Below are positions 24,446-36,045 of a stretch of 64,000 nt of DNA, piece by piece. Below the pieces are notes generated by a model. That model ran no database searches and had not been told where the DNA came from. It saw only the letters and a list, made by a program, of their open reading frames with translations. The stretch's first letter is position 1, and every line of letters begins with the position of its first letter. A program made the position numbers and the translations under genes. This stretch comes from Callorhinchus milii (taxonomy: Eukaryota), in contig NW_024704742.1 in NCBI RefSeq assembly GCF_018977255.1, forward strand, positions 76,386,001 through 76,450,000, in the 5' to 3' direction.

Positions 24446-25279
24446 TACGGTGATTTGTGATTTATATTTGACATTCTAAGAATACAGTAATTCTGTGAAG
24501 GCTTTGAGACATCTCAAAGATGTGATAAGGCTCTATATCAAATGCAAAGATTATTATTATTAAGAAACAAGATCTTTTTAACAAAAATGCCGAAAAATGG
24601 CTTCCATCCAAACTAAGAACGAAATTAAGAATTTTACCCGAGCTGCAGAGTTCTGGATGATCCGCAGCCTGTGGAGGGAGGAGTTGGGGAGGCCGACAAG
24701 CAATGAGTTTGCATAGTTTGACCCGTGACTAAGGAATAATATTCCAGATATAAGTGGTTGTAGGCGCACACGACCAGACTGACCTAAATTTGTCACATTG
24801 GCAGTCTCAGTCAGTAAACTCTGTAAGCAGTGTTCTTCCGGAGTTGAAGTTTAGGTGCATTGTTGGAAAAGAATGCAGGAAACTTTGCTCAGCATTTAAA
24901 TGACTCGCTTTTGTTCCACCCCACCTATGCTGTCCAGACGTGTGCAGTTCTCTGTGATACAGGAGGACTGAATGTTCTTGGCAAGCCTTACATTAAAATC
25001 AAGTCACACCTTTATTCAGGAGAGAATGGCTACTTTCATTCACAGTGCAGAAACATCTTTACCATGTTTGCTTCATCCTTCTCTATTGTTGGGGGATGTT
25101 ATCAGACGTTCATGGTTTCACGAAGCCTCGTGTTATCACAAGCAGCCTCCAGGATTCACAAACAATGCAAAAGGGAAGGAGATGCCAAGATGCAGCAGAA
25201 ACTCTAGTTTGATGCTGTATTTCAAGCCTTCGGAGCCACAACATAGAACTTGCATTATCCATGGAATGTTTGAGCACCT

Positions 25280-25537
25280 CCACAGCCAGGACACTGGGAG
25301 ACAATCCCTTCTCTTTTTGAGTAGTGCTTTGGGATCTTTAACATCCATATGGACAAGCAGAGAGGGCCTTGGTTTAATGTCTCATCTGAAGTACGGAGCC
25401 TCCAACAATGCAGCACTCCCCCTGGCACTGTACTGTAGTGTCAACTTAGATTGTGAGTTCAAAGTCCTGATGTGGGACTTGAATCCATAACTTTCTACTC
25501 AGAGGTGAGAGTCTAGTAATTGACCCAGGCTGACACC
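25280..25537 (-). mobile_element. Deu-domain SINE (family B), 5' part
   Basis: Reverse complement of the family B head and core. Confidence 0.75.
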
Positions 25538-25794
25538 TTGGGGTTAGATTGCAAGAAGCTACAAGTTAAAGTTTGATAGAACAAATGGAAATCCATTTTG
25601 TCCCTCCCAAGACGGTTCTTCCTGAAAGAAGATGCAGACCTCCTGGCATTTGGGATGTTACATTTAGAGAGGAAAGCCTGAAATCAGCAAGCTGACCATG
25701 ATGATGGAGAGCCAGGGCCTCACTGTGTCTCAGTCACCACTTAAAGACATTGAGTCTTCCATGACTTTTATTTGAGGCATTCATAACCATGATA

Positions 25795-26112
25795 TAATAA
25801 TAATAATAACCCTTGCATTTGATATAGTGCTTTTCACGTCTTCTCGACGTCTCAAAGCCCTTAACAGAATAGACTGTAAAATGAATTGACTGTATATTTG
25901 TGGGCGAAACCGGCAGCCAATTGTGCACAGCAGTGTCCCACAAACAGTCGTGGATTGAAAATGACCATTTTTTACTATTGTTTTGTTTTGGAGGGATTAT
26001 TATTAGGCGTGTGGTGTAAGGAAACTTGCCCAAGGTTTCGCCCTGCCTGGAATTGAACCCAGGTGTCTCACTTGCAAGGGGAGTGTTCTAACCACTGAGC
26101 TACAGGACTCCC
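25795..26112 (-). mobile_element. SINE family A, short form
   Basis: Reverse complement closely similar to 16084-16410. Confidence 0.9.
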
Positions 26113-27375
26113 CAACATCAGAAATTGCTTTGATTTCTCCGCCATTCTCAAGTCCCAAAATGTACCTTTCTGAGTCAGATTTGGCATCTACCACCCCGCA
26201 GGCCCCACCACCATCCCCCCCACCCCCCCACCCCACCCCACCGCCTGGCAATACAACTCAATGAGACCAAGGGGCATGTTCTGAAATGCCAAGGCACTTA
26301 TGGTCTGATTTCCAGTTAGCATTACTCATTGCGCATTTGACGTGGTGCGATTAGAATGTGGAAAATTCCATTTGCAGCCAATATCACCAAATTTATTTGA
26401 AAATATAATATTTGGTAGAACAAAAAAACACAAAGCATAATATCTTCCATTACATTCCGTTTTCTGTATCCCGATATAAACATTTCATTCTTACACATTT
26501 AGCCTTAGATTGAGTATTGCACGTTGTTAAGTTGGACGATGATAGGCAGACAAACAAAATAATCACAGCAGTTCCCCTTTCATATCCAGCAGGACACTCC
26601 ACCTTCACCTCACCCTTTCCACTAGGTTAGCAGCTCCCTTTGCCTCTCAGCAGCTTCATAAAGATTCTGTAATTGCCCATTCAAAATAGGAGGAAGTGGG
26701 TTGTCTATAGAGCGGACCCATGAGCTATTTCTGCAAGCATATTTCCAGAGGTTAATAGGGGTGAGTTGCTACGTATTTTCACAGATTAAACTAAAAATAC
26801 CTCTGATTATGACGAAAGTCTTTACCCATTTGCAAACTTAAAATTTATAGACATACCTGAAGGGATATAACATTGTTTGACAGATTGAATGTTATTGATT
26901 CTTTTAAGAAAAATCAAATTTTCCAATCAAGTATTGAATTACAATCAATTTTGTGGTATGAACCACAAGCTACAAAGTTGTTTTGTGGACCACAAAATAC
27001 AAAGTTGTTCTCATGCATCTTGTGTATTACATACTCAACTTCATGTGTTTCCTTGTGGACATTGATGGCTTGATGATTTATATAGGTGATTTCATATGAG
27101 CAGATAAAGTGAATGACTGCATTTGCACTGGCACAGGCAATTTGTTATCTGGAACAATTGGAAATCATCTTTCCCTCAACCCTCTGTGCAAATATTGACT
27201 CATTCTCTCAACACAAGATATTGGAATGCATTCTCATCCACAGCCTTGCCACAGGACTATTCGCAATTGATTTATGGCAATTTGGCATGCAGTGTGCAAC
27301 AGGAATATGCATACTTTGGGTAATGTATATTACAGAGCTGCTCTCCCTGAGCTATTGAGCAGGAAATGCGTGTAG

Positions 27376-29727
27376 TGCAGACCGGAGCCAGAGGAACGGA
27401 GGGTATGGGCAGGTAAGTAGGGAGATAGTAGGTTGGAGAGGTAGGAGGGAGCAAGGCCGTGAATGGCCTTGTAGGTGAGGATGAGGATCTTGAATTCGAT
27501 CCTCTGGGGGATGGGGAGCCAGTGGAGGCGAGCGAGGGTGGGAGTGATGTGGTCGCGAAGCCTGGTGCGGGACAGTACACGAGCTGCAGAGATCTGAATG
27601 ACCTGCAGCTTGTGGAGGGAGGTGGCGGGAAGGCCGGCGAGGAGAGAGTTCCCATAGTCCAGCCTTGAGGTGATAAAGGCGTGGACCAGTGTTTCAGCAG
27701 CGTGAGGTAGTGCCGTAGTCTGTCGATGTTCCGGAGGTGATGGAAGGCGGTGCCAGTTGTGGCGCAGATATGGGAAAGAAAGGACAGCTCAGGGTCGAAC
27801 AGAACGCCAAGGTTCCTGACTGGGTTTGAGAGGTGGAGAGTGCAGCCTTGGATGCTGATGGTGTCAGCGCCTGAGGTGCGGAGGCGCTAACGTGAGCCAA
27901 TCAGGAGGGCCTCAGTTTTGCGCCCGTTGAGCTGAAGAAAGTTGTCTCTCGTCCAGGACTCGATGTCGGACAGGCAGCTGTCAGGACATCGGTGGTCGTG
28001 GAGTTGAGGGTAGAGGAAGAAAGGCACAGTTGGGTGTCATCCACATACATGTGGAAGTTAACCCCATGTCTGCGGATGATGTCACCACAGGGGGAGCATA
28101 TAGAGGGTGAAGAGGAGGGGACCGAGGACAGAGCCCTGAGGGACACCGCATGAGACAGTGCGGGGGCTGGAGGAAAAAACTTTAGTGGAAACAAAATGAA
28201 GATGGTGGGAGAGGTAGGAACTAAACCACTCAAGGACAAGGCCTTGAAGGTTGAGGTGGGAGGACAAGCGGTGGAGGAGGATAGGGTGGTCGACCGTATC
28301 GAATGCGGCCGATAGGTCGAGGAGGACGAGGAGGCAGAGGGAGCCCTGGTCGCAGATGGTCAAGATGTCATTAGTGACCTTGACCAGAGCAGTTTCCGTG
28401 CTATGGGCAGGAGGGAATCCCGACTGGAGGTGTTCAAATAGTGAATGGGTGGAGAGGAAAGAGCGCAGCTGGGAGGCGACGACTCTTTCAAGAACCTTGT
28501 ACAGGAAGGGGAGGTTGGAGATGGGCCGGTAGCTTGATAGCTGCGAGCATCAAGGGAGGGTTTTTTCAGTGTGGGAGTGATGGTGGCAGTTTTGAGGGGA
28601 ATGGGAACAGAGCCAGAGGAGAGGGACAGGTTAATGGTGTCTGTGAGAAGTGGGGTAAGGAGGTGAAGCTGGGAGATAAGGAGTGGAGTGGGGATGGGAT
28701 CCAGGGAGCAGGTGGTGGGTTTCAAGGACAGGATGAGGTTGGTGACAGAGGGTGGGGAAACGGGTTCGAAGGTGTGTAGGGGAGGATGGGTAGGAGTCGG
28801 AGTGTGGGAGGGAAGGGGTGGGTGGAAGTTGGAGGGGCAGTGACCACGGAGAGGATTCCCTTGATTTTGGATTGAAAGAAATCCAGCATCTCCTCGCAGT
28901 GAAGGTTGGAGGAGATGACCTGTACAGGGTGGCGGGGGTGGACGGAGGAGTCGGGATGTGGTAGAGAACAGAAGCCTGGGGTTGTTCTTCGCCTCCAGGA
29001 TTACCCTGGAGTAGAAGGACGACTTGGCTGAAGCTAGAGTGGAGCGATAGGTTTTGAGGAGGTCCAGCCAGATTTGCCGGTGTACCGTTAGGCCAGATTT
29101 GAGGCAGGTGCGTTCAGCGGCCCGCACCTGGCTCTTCAGTGAGCGGAGGTGGGTGGTGAACCAGGGGGAGGAGCGAGAGTAAGAGACAGTGTGGGAGGTG
29201 ATGGGGGCAAGAGTGTTGAGTGTGGAGGAGAGGGTGTTGTGGAGGCGGATGAGAGCAGAAGAGGGGTCAGTGAGGGATGAAGGCCAGAGGGAGAGGAGTT
29301 CAGAGGACTCCAAGGCAGCGGTTAGGGATTGTGGGGGTAACTTCTTCCAGGGGCGGTAGAAGATGGTGGTGGGTCTGGTGGAGGTAGGGAGGAGGCTGGA
29401 GGTGGTGAAGGAGATGAAGAAGTGATCGGAGACGGCCTTGTCGGTAATGGTGACATCCGAGACACTGAGGCCCCGGGTGATCACGAAATCGAGTGGATGG
29501 CCGTGAATGTGAGTGGTGGAGTTGATGTGCAGGGAGAGGTTGAGCGAGGAGAGGAGGGAGGAGAAGTCCGAGGAGGTGGAGCAGGAGGGGGTGAAGTGCA
29601 GTTTGAAGTCGCCCAGGATGATGAGGCGATCATTGCAGAGGCAGAGAGATGTTAGGAGAGTAGAAATGTCAGAGATGAAGGTGGGGGAGGTTTTAGGGGG
29701 CCGGTAGAGGAGGAGGATTGAGGAGGA
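27376..29727 (-). mobile_element. L2 LINE: C-terminal part of the APE endonuclease plus RT; frameshifted, lacking its own 3' tail
   Basis: Endonuclease motifs LLYRPP, ILGDF, HGHPLDFVITRG, VSDHFFISF. RT motifs as in 8645-10212, to which it is highly similar. Confidence 0.95.
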
Positions 29728-29859
29728 TTAAAGCAAGTTGTTGTTATTACTTTGTACAATATACAGAAAAAAACTTCCTCGTAATTAGAAAGCCATAGGA
29801 TATTCCACTGGCTGGTAAAATTACTAACTTTATCTCATCACTGAAAATTGTGCTCCAAA

Positions 29860-30130
29860 CCAGTTGATAAATAACACCTGTCTGGGTATTCAATTCCACC
29901 CTGTGGACTAGAATACTCAGGTAGGTATTTCATCACCATGTGAAAACAATTACATTGAAACTGTCTGTTCATCTTACCTTCCCTCAGCTGGAATATGTGG
30001 TTGCTTGTTCTAGATTTGTTGATAATGTTAAATGTATTATTAAGGTTTGGTTTATTTACACTACTTATGACCTTGAACACTCTAATAATCTGCCCAAAAT
30101 CCGCTCTTTCAGTTTCAGTAAGCTCTTTAG
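29860..30130 (-). mobile_element. Degenerate CR1-type LINE fragment
   Basis: ORF gives IRVFKVISSV...SRTSNHIFQL, resembling the CR1 ORF2 C-terminus. Confidence 0.55.
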
Positions 30131-30235
30131 CAAGCATAAAAACAATATGGTGACTACAAAGTGTCATCAGTGAAGTTGTTTGAAAGCCAGGATACCTATG
30201 AAATCTGAAAATAATTTGTGTGTCAGCCTGGCTAT

Positions 30236-30630
30236 GTGTCAGCTGGCTCAGTTGGAAGCATTCTCACCTCTGAGGCAGAAGGTTGTGGGCTCAAGCCCCA
30301 GTTGGGAGATCACTTAGTTTAGGCTGACATTTCAGTGCAAGGCAGGGGGTATGCTGATATTTTAGAGGTGCTGTCCTTTGGATGAGACGTTAAAGCTAAG
30401 GTCCCACCTGTATGTTCAGGTGGATGTTAAACATACCATGGCATTATTCAAAAAGTAAAGGAAGTTTCTCCAGATATCCTAGGCAAGAATCGCCCAAATA
30501 AAATTGGTCATTCTCTTAAGGATATTTGTTGGACATTGCGGTGTGCCAATTGGCTGTTGTATTCACCTACAAAATACAGTCACTATATGCTTTTCAGGAA
30601 AATCTGCGAATTACTTTGAGACATCCTACT
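30236..30630 (+). mobile_element. Deu-domain SINE (family B)
   Basis: Family B head and core; short duplication of the first ~16 nt at about 30220. Confidence 0.8.
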
Positions 30631-32294
30631 GAATCAACTTTATCAACTGAAAGTATTAATAGTCCTTTCGTTTGTCATAGCACCTTATCACAGCAAAGAA
30701 GCATCTCAATGCTCAAAGGATTTCTCTGTAATGGAAATGTTAAAATGCAGTTACTCTATTTTGGTTTGACCATAATATTGGTGTACAATGTTCAACTTTG
30801 TGTAAATTGGTATCTGTTAACATAATGCAGATAGATGAGGCTGTAAAATACTTAGCAGTAAACTTCAATAGACATGAATTGATGTCACATCTTCAAATAT
30901 TTATGATCGCTAAACTCTTTAAGTAATAGTGACGTGAATTTATATGAGTAACTGGGTATAAAGATCAAGATGTGTAGTCAGTGATGGAACAGTGTATTAC
31001 GCCGCTTTTGTTTTTTCCAACTTTCTCCTCCTCCTAAAGTTCTTGTTAGCTGGGCATTCGGTCACCTTCTTTCAACCTCCCATCTTGCTCAGTAACCCTT
31101 AAGGTACATATGAAACATTTTCCCATGAGTATATATGAGTTCAAGTTGTTGTGTTGCAATACAATTGATATTTATATAGCTTCCTTTTACATCAGGAGAT
31201 GAATTGACCTATCAAACAGGGGACTAAGAATTTACCTGGCTAGGCATAGAGTTTGTGGCTTGTGCTGGATGGTATTGGGATGGGGGGGGGGGGTTGGGGT
31301 GTGGGGGTGGAAGGATGAATGAGTGAGCGGAACCGCTTGCCTGACTAGCTGCAACCTGCCCAGCTTTCTGACAGGAAGCGCTGGTATCTGTGGAGAGTCC
31401 GTGGGGTGTGGTGTATTCAGGATGCAAATTGGTAATGCAGAATTGTGCTTATCCTGCAATCTAATGCTTACCCAAGTAGATACAATGGGGTCCAACTTAT
31501 GCTGATCACTAAAATTGGTCAACTTTTCCCTGCAACGTTTTTATGTTCTGCATTTAGTGCAGGTGTCAAATAAGTTCAAATGTGTCAGGTTCCCCACTTT
31601 TATTCAGTGCAAGCAGGGATCAAGCATCTGAAATGCTAACAATGTAATTTTATACCCTTTTATGAGCACATTGGTTAAGACCCATGCATTACTCAATCTT
31701 CCAACTTGAAGTGGCATGAATGTGCCTCCATTTCTATTTGCTGTGTTTTTTATTTTAAACTGACTTAATTTAAATTAATTTGATCAAACCAAATCTCAGT
31801 CCGTGTGTTGCTGTCAGAATGCAGGGAGAAAGTACCACAGGTCAAACCACAATCCAACTGTAAACTTAAACTGTTGATTTTTAGAGAATTAAGGATGTTG
31901 AAAGCTCCGTATCAACATTACTTAACAGCCTAGTGAATGAGAAGCACTATCAGTGATGCTGTAAAGAGGTTTTAAAAGGTGACTAAACAGTTAGTCAGCG
32001 ACAGCCTTTCTCTGAACAGCAATGGGAGTAACTCTGCCTTTGGGAGTTGTGCCAGAGAAACTGCTGTGTTTTGGGCCAATTTTCGTTCACGGGTTTGCCG
32101 TTGCTGGCAGGGTCCACTGTTGCTGGCACTCCCATAACTAAAAGAATGTGACTTTCTCCGTGGTGAACTTGTCTTGGACTTTTCTTGACGTTGCATCTCC
32201 ATTACCTCCATAGACAAATCCCGGGTATTGAATAAATTGATTCACAGCAGCCAGCCTGGTGCATCCACTCAGCCCTCCACCCTTTTGAGACAGA

Positions 32295-32693
32295 TATAAT
32301 AATAATAATCCTTGCATTTGAAATACCACCTCATCACGTCTTTGAGACGTCTCAAAGCACATCACAGAATAGACTGTAAAATGAATTGACTAAATATTGT
32401 GGGCAAAACACGGCAGCCAATAGCGCACAGCAATGTCCCAGAAACACTCGTGGATTGAGTGACCAAATTATTATTTATTTATTTGTTTGTTTATATGTTT
32501 GATTTTTAAGGGATTATTTCCCCCAGAAAGCGATCTGTTAATTGACCAACAATCGGGTTCCTGCTTACTGCTGGGTAAACAGAGGCATGTCGAGTAAGTA
32601 AACCTACCTAAGGTTTTGTCCTGCTCGGGCATCGAACCTGGGTCCTCTCATTTGCAAAGCAAGTGCTCTAACCAATCTGATACAGAACTCCAC
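32295..32693 (-). mobile_element. SINE family A, long form
   Basis: Reverse complement similar to 39494-39853. Confidence 0.85.
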
Positions 32694-33009
32694 ATACACT
32701 ACAATTGGTCTGAGAAGCTGTGCATAGCAAAGAAACCTAGTACATGTCTGCACTCCCACATTAGAGACCAATGATATTCTTCCCTGGAAATTAAGCAGGA
32801 ACTCATGCTTTTGCAAGACGTGAGAAAAACAGTGATTGCGTGTATGGGGATAATGTACATTTAAGAGTTTGGTGAAACAGGAGGATAGTTTGCAACTGGG
32901 CTAATTTTGTAAGGAGATATCATCATATCACATTGCTGTCATTACAGGGGACTATGTTTCGCAATGTATCCCAGGTGTGTCTGGGACCCAGATGATGTGG
33001 TAATGGTCA

Positions 33010-33515
33010 CAGAAGAGGGGGAGGGGGAAGATGAGGTCTTATGGTCTGAAATTGTTGAAATCAATATTGAGACCAGAGGACTGTAAGGTTCCCAGCAGAT
33101 AAATGAGGTGCTGTTCCTCGAGGGTTGTCCTCGAGGACAGAATGGAGATGTTCAGGAAATCGGTCACCCCAATCTGTGTTTCGTTTCCCCAATGTAGAGG
33201 AGACCACATCGTGAGCAGCAAATGCAGGAAACTACATTGGTGGTAGTGCACGTAAATCACTGTCTCACTTGAAATCTGTTTTTCGGGCCCTGGACAGTGG
33301 TATGGGAGGAGGTGAAAGGGCAGGTATTGCATCTCTTGCGTTGGGATGGGAAGGTGCCGGGGGAGGAGAGCAACTGTTGGTGGTGATGGAGGAATCAACC
33401 AGAGAGTCACGGAGGGAACTTTCCCTTCAGAATGCTGAGAGGGGAGGAGAGGGAAAGATATGCTTTGTTGTTGGATCACCCTGGATGTGCTGCAAATGGC
33501 GGAGAATATTTCAGT
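33010..33515 (-). mobile_element. Penelope-like element relic (GIY-YIG endonuclease C-terminus)
   Basis: Minus strand encodes VVSCICCSRCGLLYIGETK (~33180-33237) and LEEQHLIYLLGTLQSSGLNIDFNNF; frameshifted. Confidence 0.85.
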
Positions 33516-33779
33516 TGTGTTGCAATGTTGCAGGATACAAAATACAAAATTACATTTGTATAGCGCCTTTCACTTTGGGAGGACATCCCAAGGCGTTGGA
33601 CAGTCAGAGATTTTGACCTGAGTGGGATGAGGGTGGGGGATTTGGGATCTGGAAGGGTGGAGAGCAGGGAGGTAGGAAGGTGGCCAAAGGCCAATAGATC
33701 TATATATTGCTAAGAACATGGCAATGTACAAGTAAGAAGATCCTTAGCAATAACTGATACTTTGATATTTGTTTAAAAA

Positions 33780-34265
33780 TGAATTCTTGCTAACAGTACA
33801 CCAAGGCACTGCTGTTGACAGTCCAGCCAGCCTGGCTCATTGGCTCAGTGTACTTGGAAGGGCAGATAAGTCACTGGGAGCAGGGATTCTTCCCTCTCAG
33901 CTCCTGTTAACTCTGCCTTTAGGAGCTGTGCCAGTAAACCAAAACCTTAATGGATAGGTGGGTCTAGTTGGACAAGCAGCAGGAAGCTTGACAGACAGTG
34001 CTCTCAATGACAAGCATTGTGCTTTTACCTGGAAAAATTCCAGCAGTACCCCACCACACTCTCTGGAATCCTTGGCTCCTAGCTTGGTTCCTGCCAACCT
34101 GTACTTATCACTCTCTAGAATTAGGTAAGACAGGGAGGAATGTTTCCTCCATTCCAGACACAGTAAAGTTTCCATGTATAGGTGGCATACATGTGTGGAC
34201 CTCTAACCCTTTAAGTAATGATGATGGGTTTCTACATGTATCAGATACTTGACTGAACAAAAAAA
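33780..34265 (+). repeat. Family X repeat, 5'-truncated, A-tailed
   Basis: Aligns with 56280-56728. Ends ...CAGATACTTGACTGAACAAAAAAA. Confidence 0.7.
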
Positions 34266-35669
34266 TTAAACCATCAGGTGCAGACTCCATGATGTGAATG
34301 CCATTTACAAAGCTTGGTTGTTTATTTCTTATTGTGTGCAGTCAGGTGGATATATATACATATATATATAAGGAGTAACCCTTACATTTAATATAACCCT
34401 GAAACATCTCAAAGTGCTTCACAGCTAATTGCTATCAAGTGAAGTGACCGTATTTCAACAATCTCCCGAAATAGAATTGGTCACTCACTTCAAAGCTGTT
34501 TGTGGAACATTGCTGTGAGCAAACTGGCTGCCACATAATACAGTCAAAATCTCTTTACAATATTTCCTACGAAAAGCTTTGAGATGTGTCGATGACATGA
34601 AAAGGCGCTATATCAAAAGCAAGAATTATTATTATTATTATTTCTAGGTGAATGCAATGTTCTTCAAACAGCCATGAGGTGAATGGCCTGTTTCGCTGGA
34701 AGATTGTTGGCCAGGACATCGGGAGAAATTTCCTTCTCTTTTTGAAAAGTGCCATTGGATCTTTAATGGCACCTCCAGTAATGCAGTGCTCCCCCCAATA
34801 ATAGGTAAATATCTTAAACCTTCTTAAATTCAGTGCCTTTGAGAATCTAAATTTTGATGTTACTTTAAAATACCAGTCTCTGATTCAAATTTGTCCTTCA
34901 ATTGCCTCATTAAATTGGTATTGATTTCATGGAAAATTCTTTGAGAATTTTTGTTGCTGTGCACAAGTGAACATTTGGGTAATGTAAATTGAGTTGAGTA
35001 TAAAAGGATATGTGGAAAAGGGCCAAAAAGGAAGATAATGGGATTAAAAGGACAATAATAATTCTTACATTTCATTTAGTGCCTTTCATGACAAAGCGCT
35101 TCATGGGATATACTGCAATGTGCAGTGACAATGTGTTTTGGTGGTGAACGTGCAGGATAGCTCTATCAGAGAGCTAGCCCATGGACAATGAGCTCAATAA
35201 CCTCCTTCTGTATTGTGAATGTCTTGACTGTATTGAGATGGCCCATTATGTTGCTCGGTGTGCAATAACCTCATGATGGAAATAATACCCGGCTCTTCTG
35301 CCCCTACTTACTTAATAAATGAGAAAAAAAGTTTTTCAAACAGTTTTTCAGGCTAACAGTGGCACTTCAGAATTGTTTTGTCAGAGGCGACCTTATTACC
35401 AGGAAGAAGTGAGTCCCTGACAGTTCAGTGAACTTTCTGTTCCGGATTACCTCCTGCAGCTTGATGCATGACATGATGCCCACGTTTGAAAACTTTAAGT
35501 GTTGAATATTTTGGAAGCTTCTCCACAATGTGCACATTGTGTAAACATTTGGGACTATTTATGATGTTACAGTAGACTCGTGGGCTGCTGCCAGATGAAG
35601 ACATATAGAGATTTGTGGTTTCTGATCTCTTTCCTGTATGCAAATTAACTGTATTTGACTACAAAATAA

Positions 35670-36045
35670 TAATCATAATAATATATCTTGCATTTGGTAT
35701 AGCACCTTATCATGTCATTGAGATGTTTCAAAGATTTTGCTGTAACGTATAATGACTGTCAAGACCATGAAGTCAATCCCATTTTCTATCTGGGGGATTA
35801 TTGGTCAGGACACTGGGAGAAACTCCCATCTCATTTTATGTAGCTTATGGCATCTTTAATGTCCATCTGATCAAGCAGATAGGACTTTGGTTTTAGTGTC
35901 TCAACCAAACAACGGCACCTCCAATAATGCATCACTGCATTAGAGTGTCAGCTTAGACTATATGAGTTCCATGTCCTGACTTGGGGCTTGAACCCATAAC
36001 CTTCTAACTTAGAGGCAAAAGGGTTACTAACTGCCAGGCTGACAT
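35670..36045 (-). mobile_element. Deu-domain SINE (family B)
   Basis: Reverse complement of family B. Confidence 0.75.

Noticed and set aside
24860..25490. Overlapping 115-aa and 172-aa ORFs
   Set aside because: No recognisable domain, and the 3' part is an antisense SINE.
26330..26385. TGACGT, GGAAAATTCC and CCAAT motif cluster
   Set aside because: Short motifs expected by chance in 64 kb, with no further support from sequence alone.
31972..32217. 81-aa minus-strand ORF
   Set aside because: No recognisable homology and no supporting exon structure.
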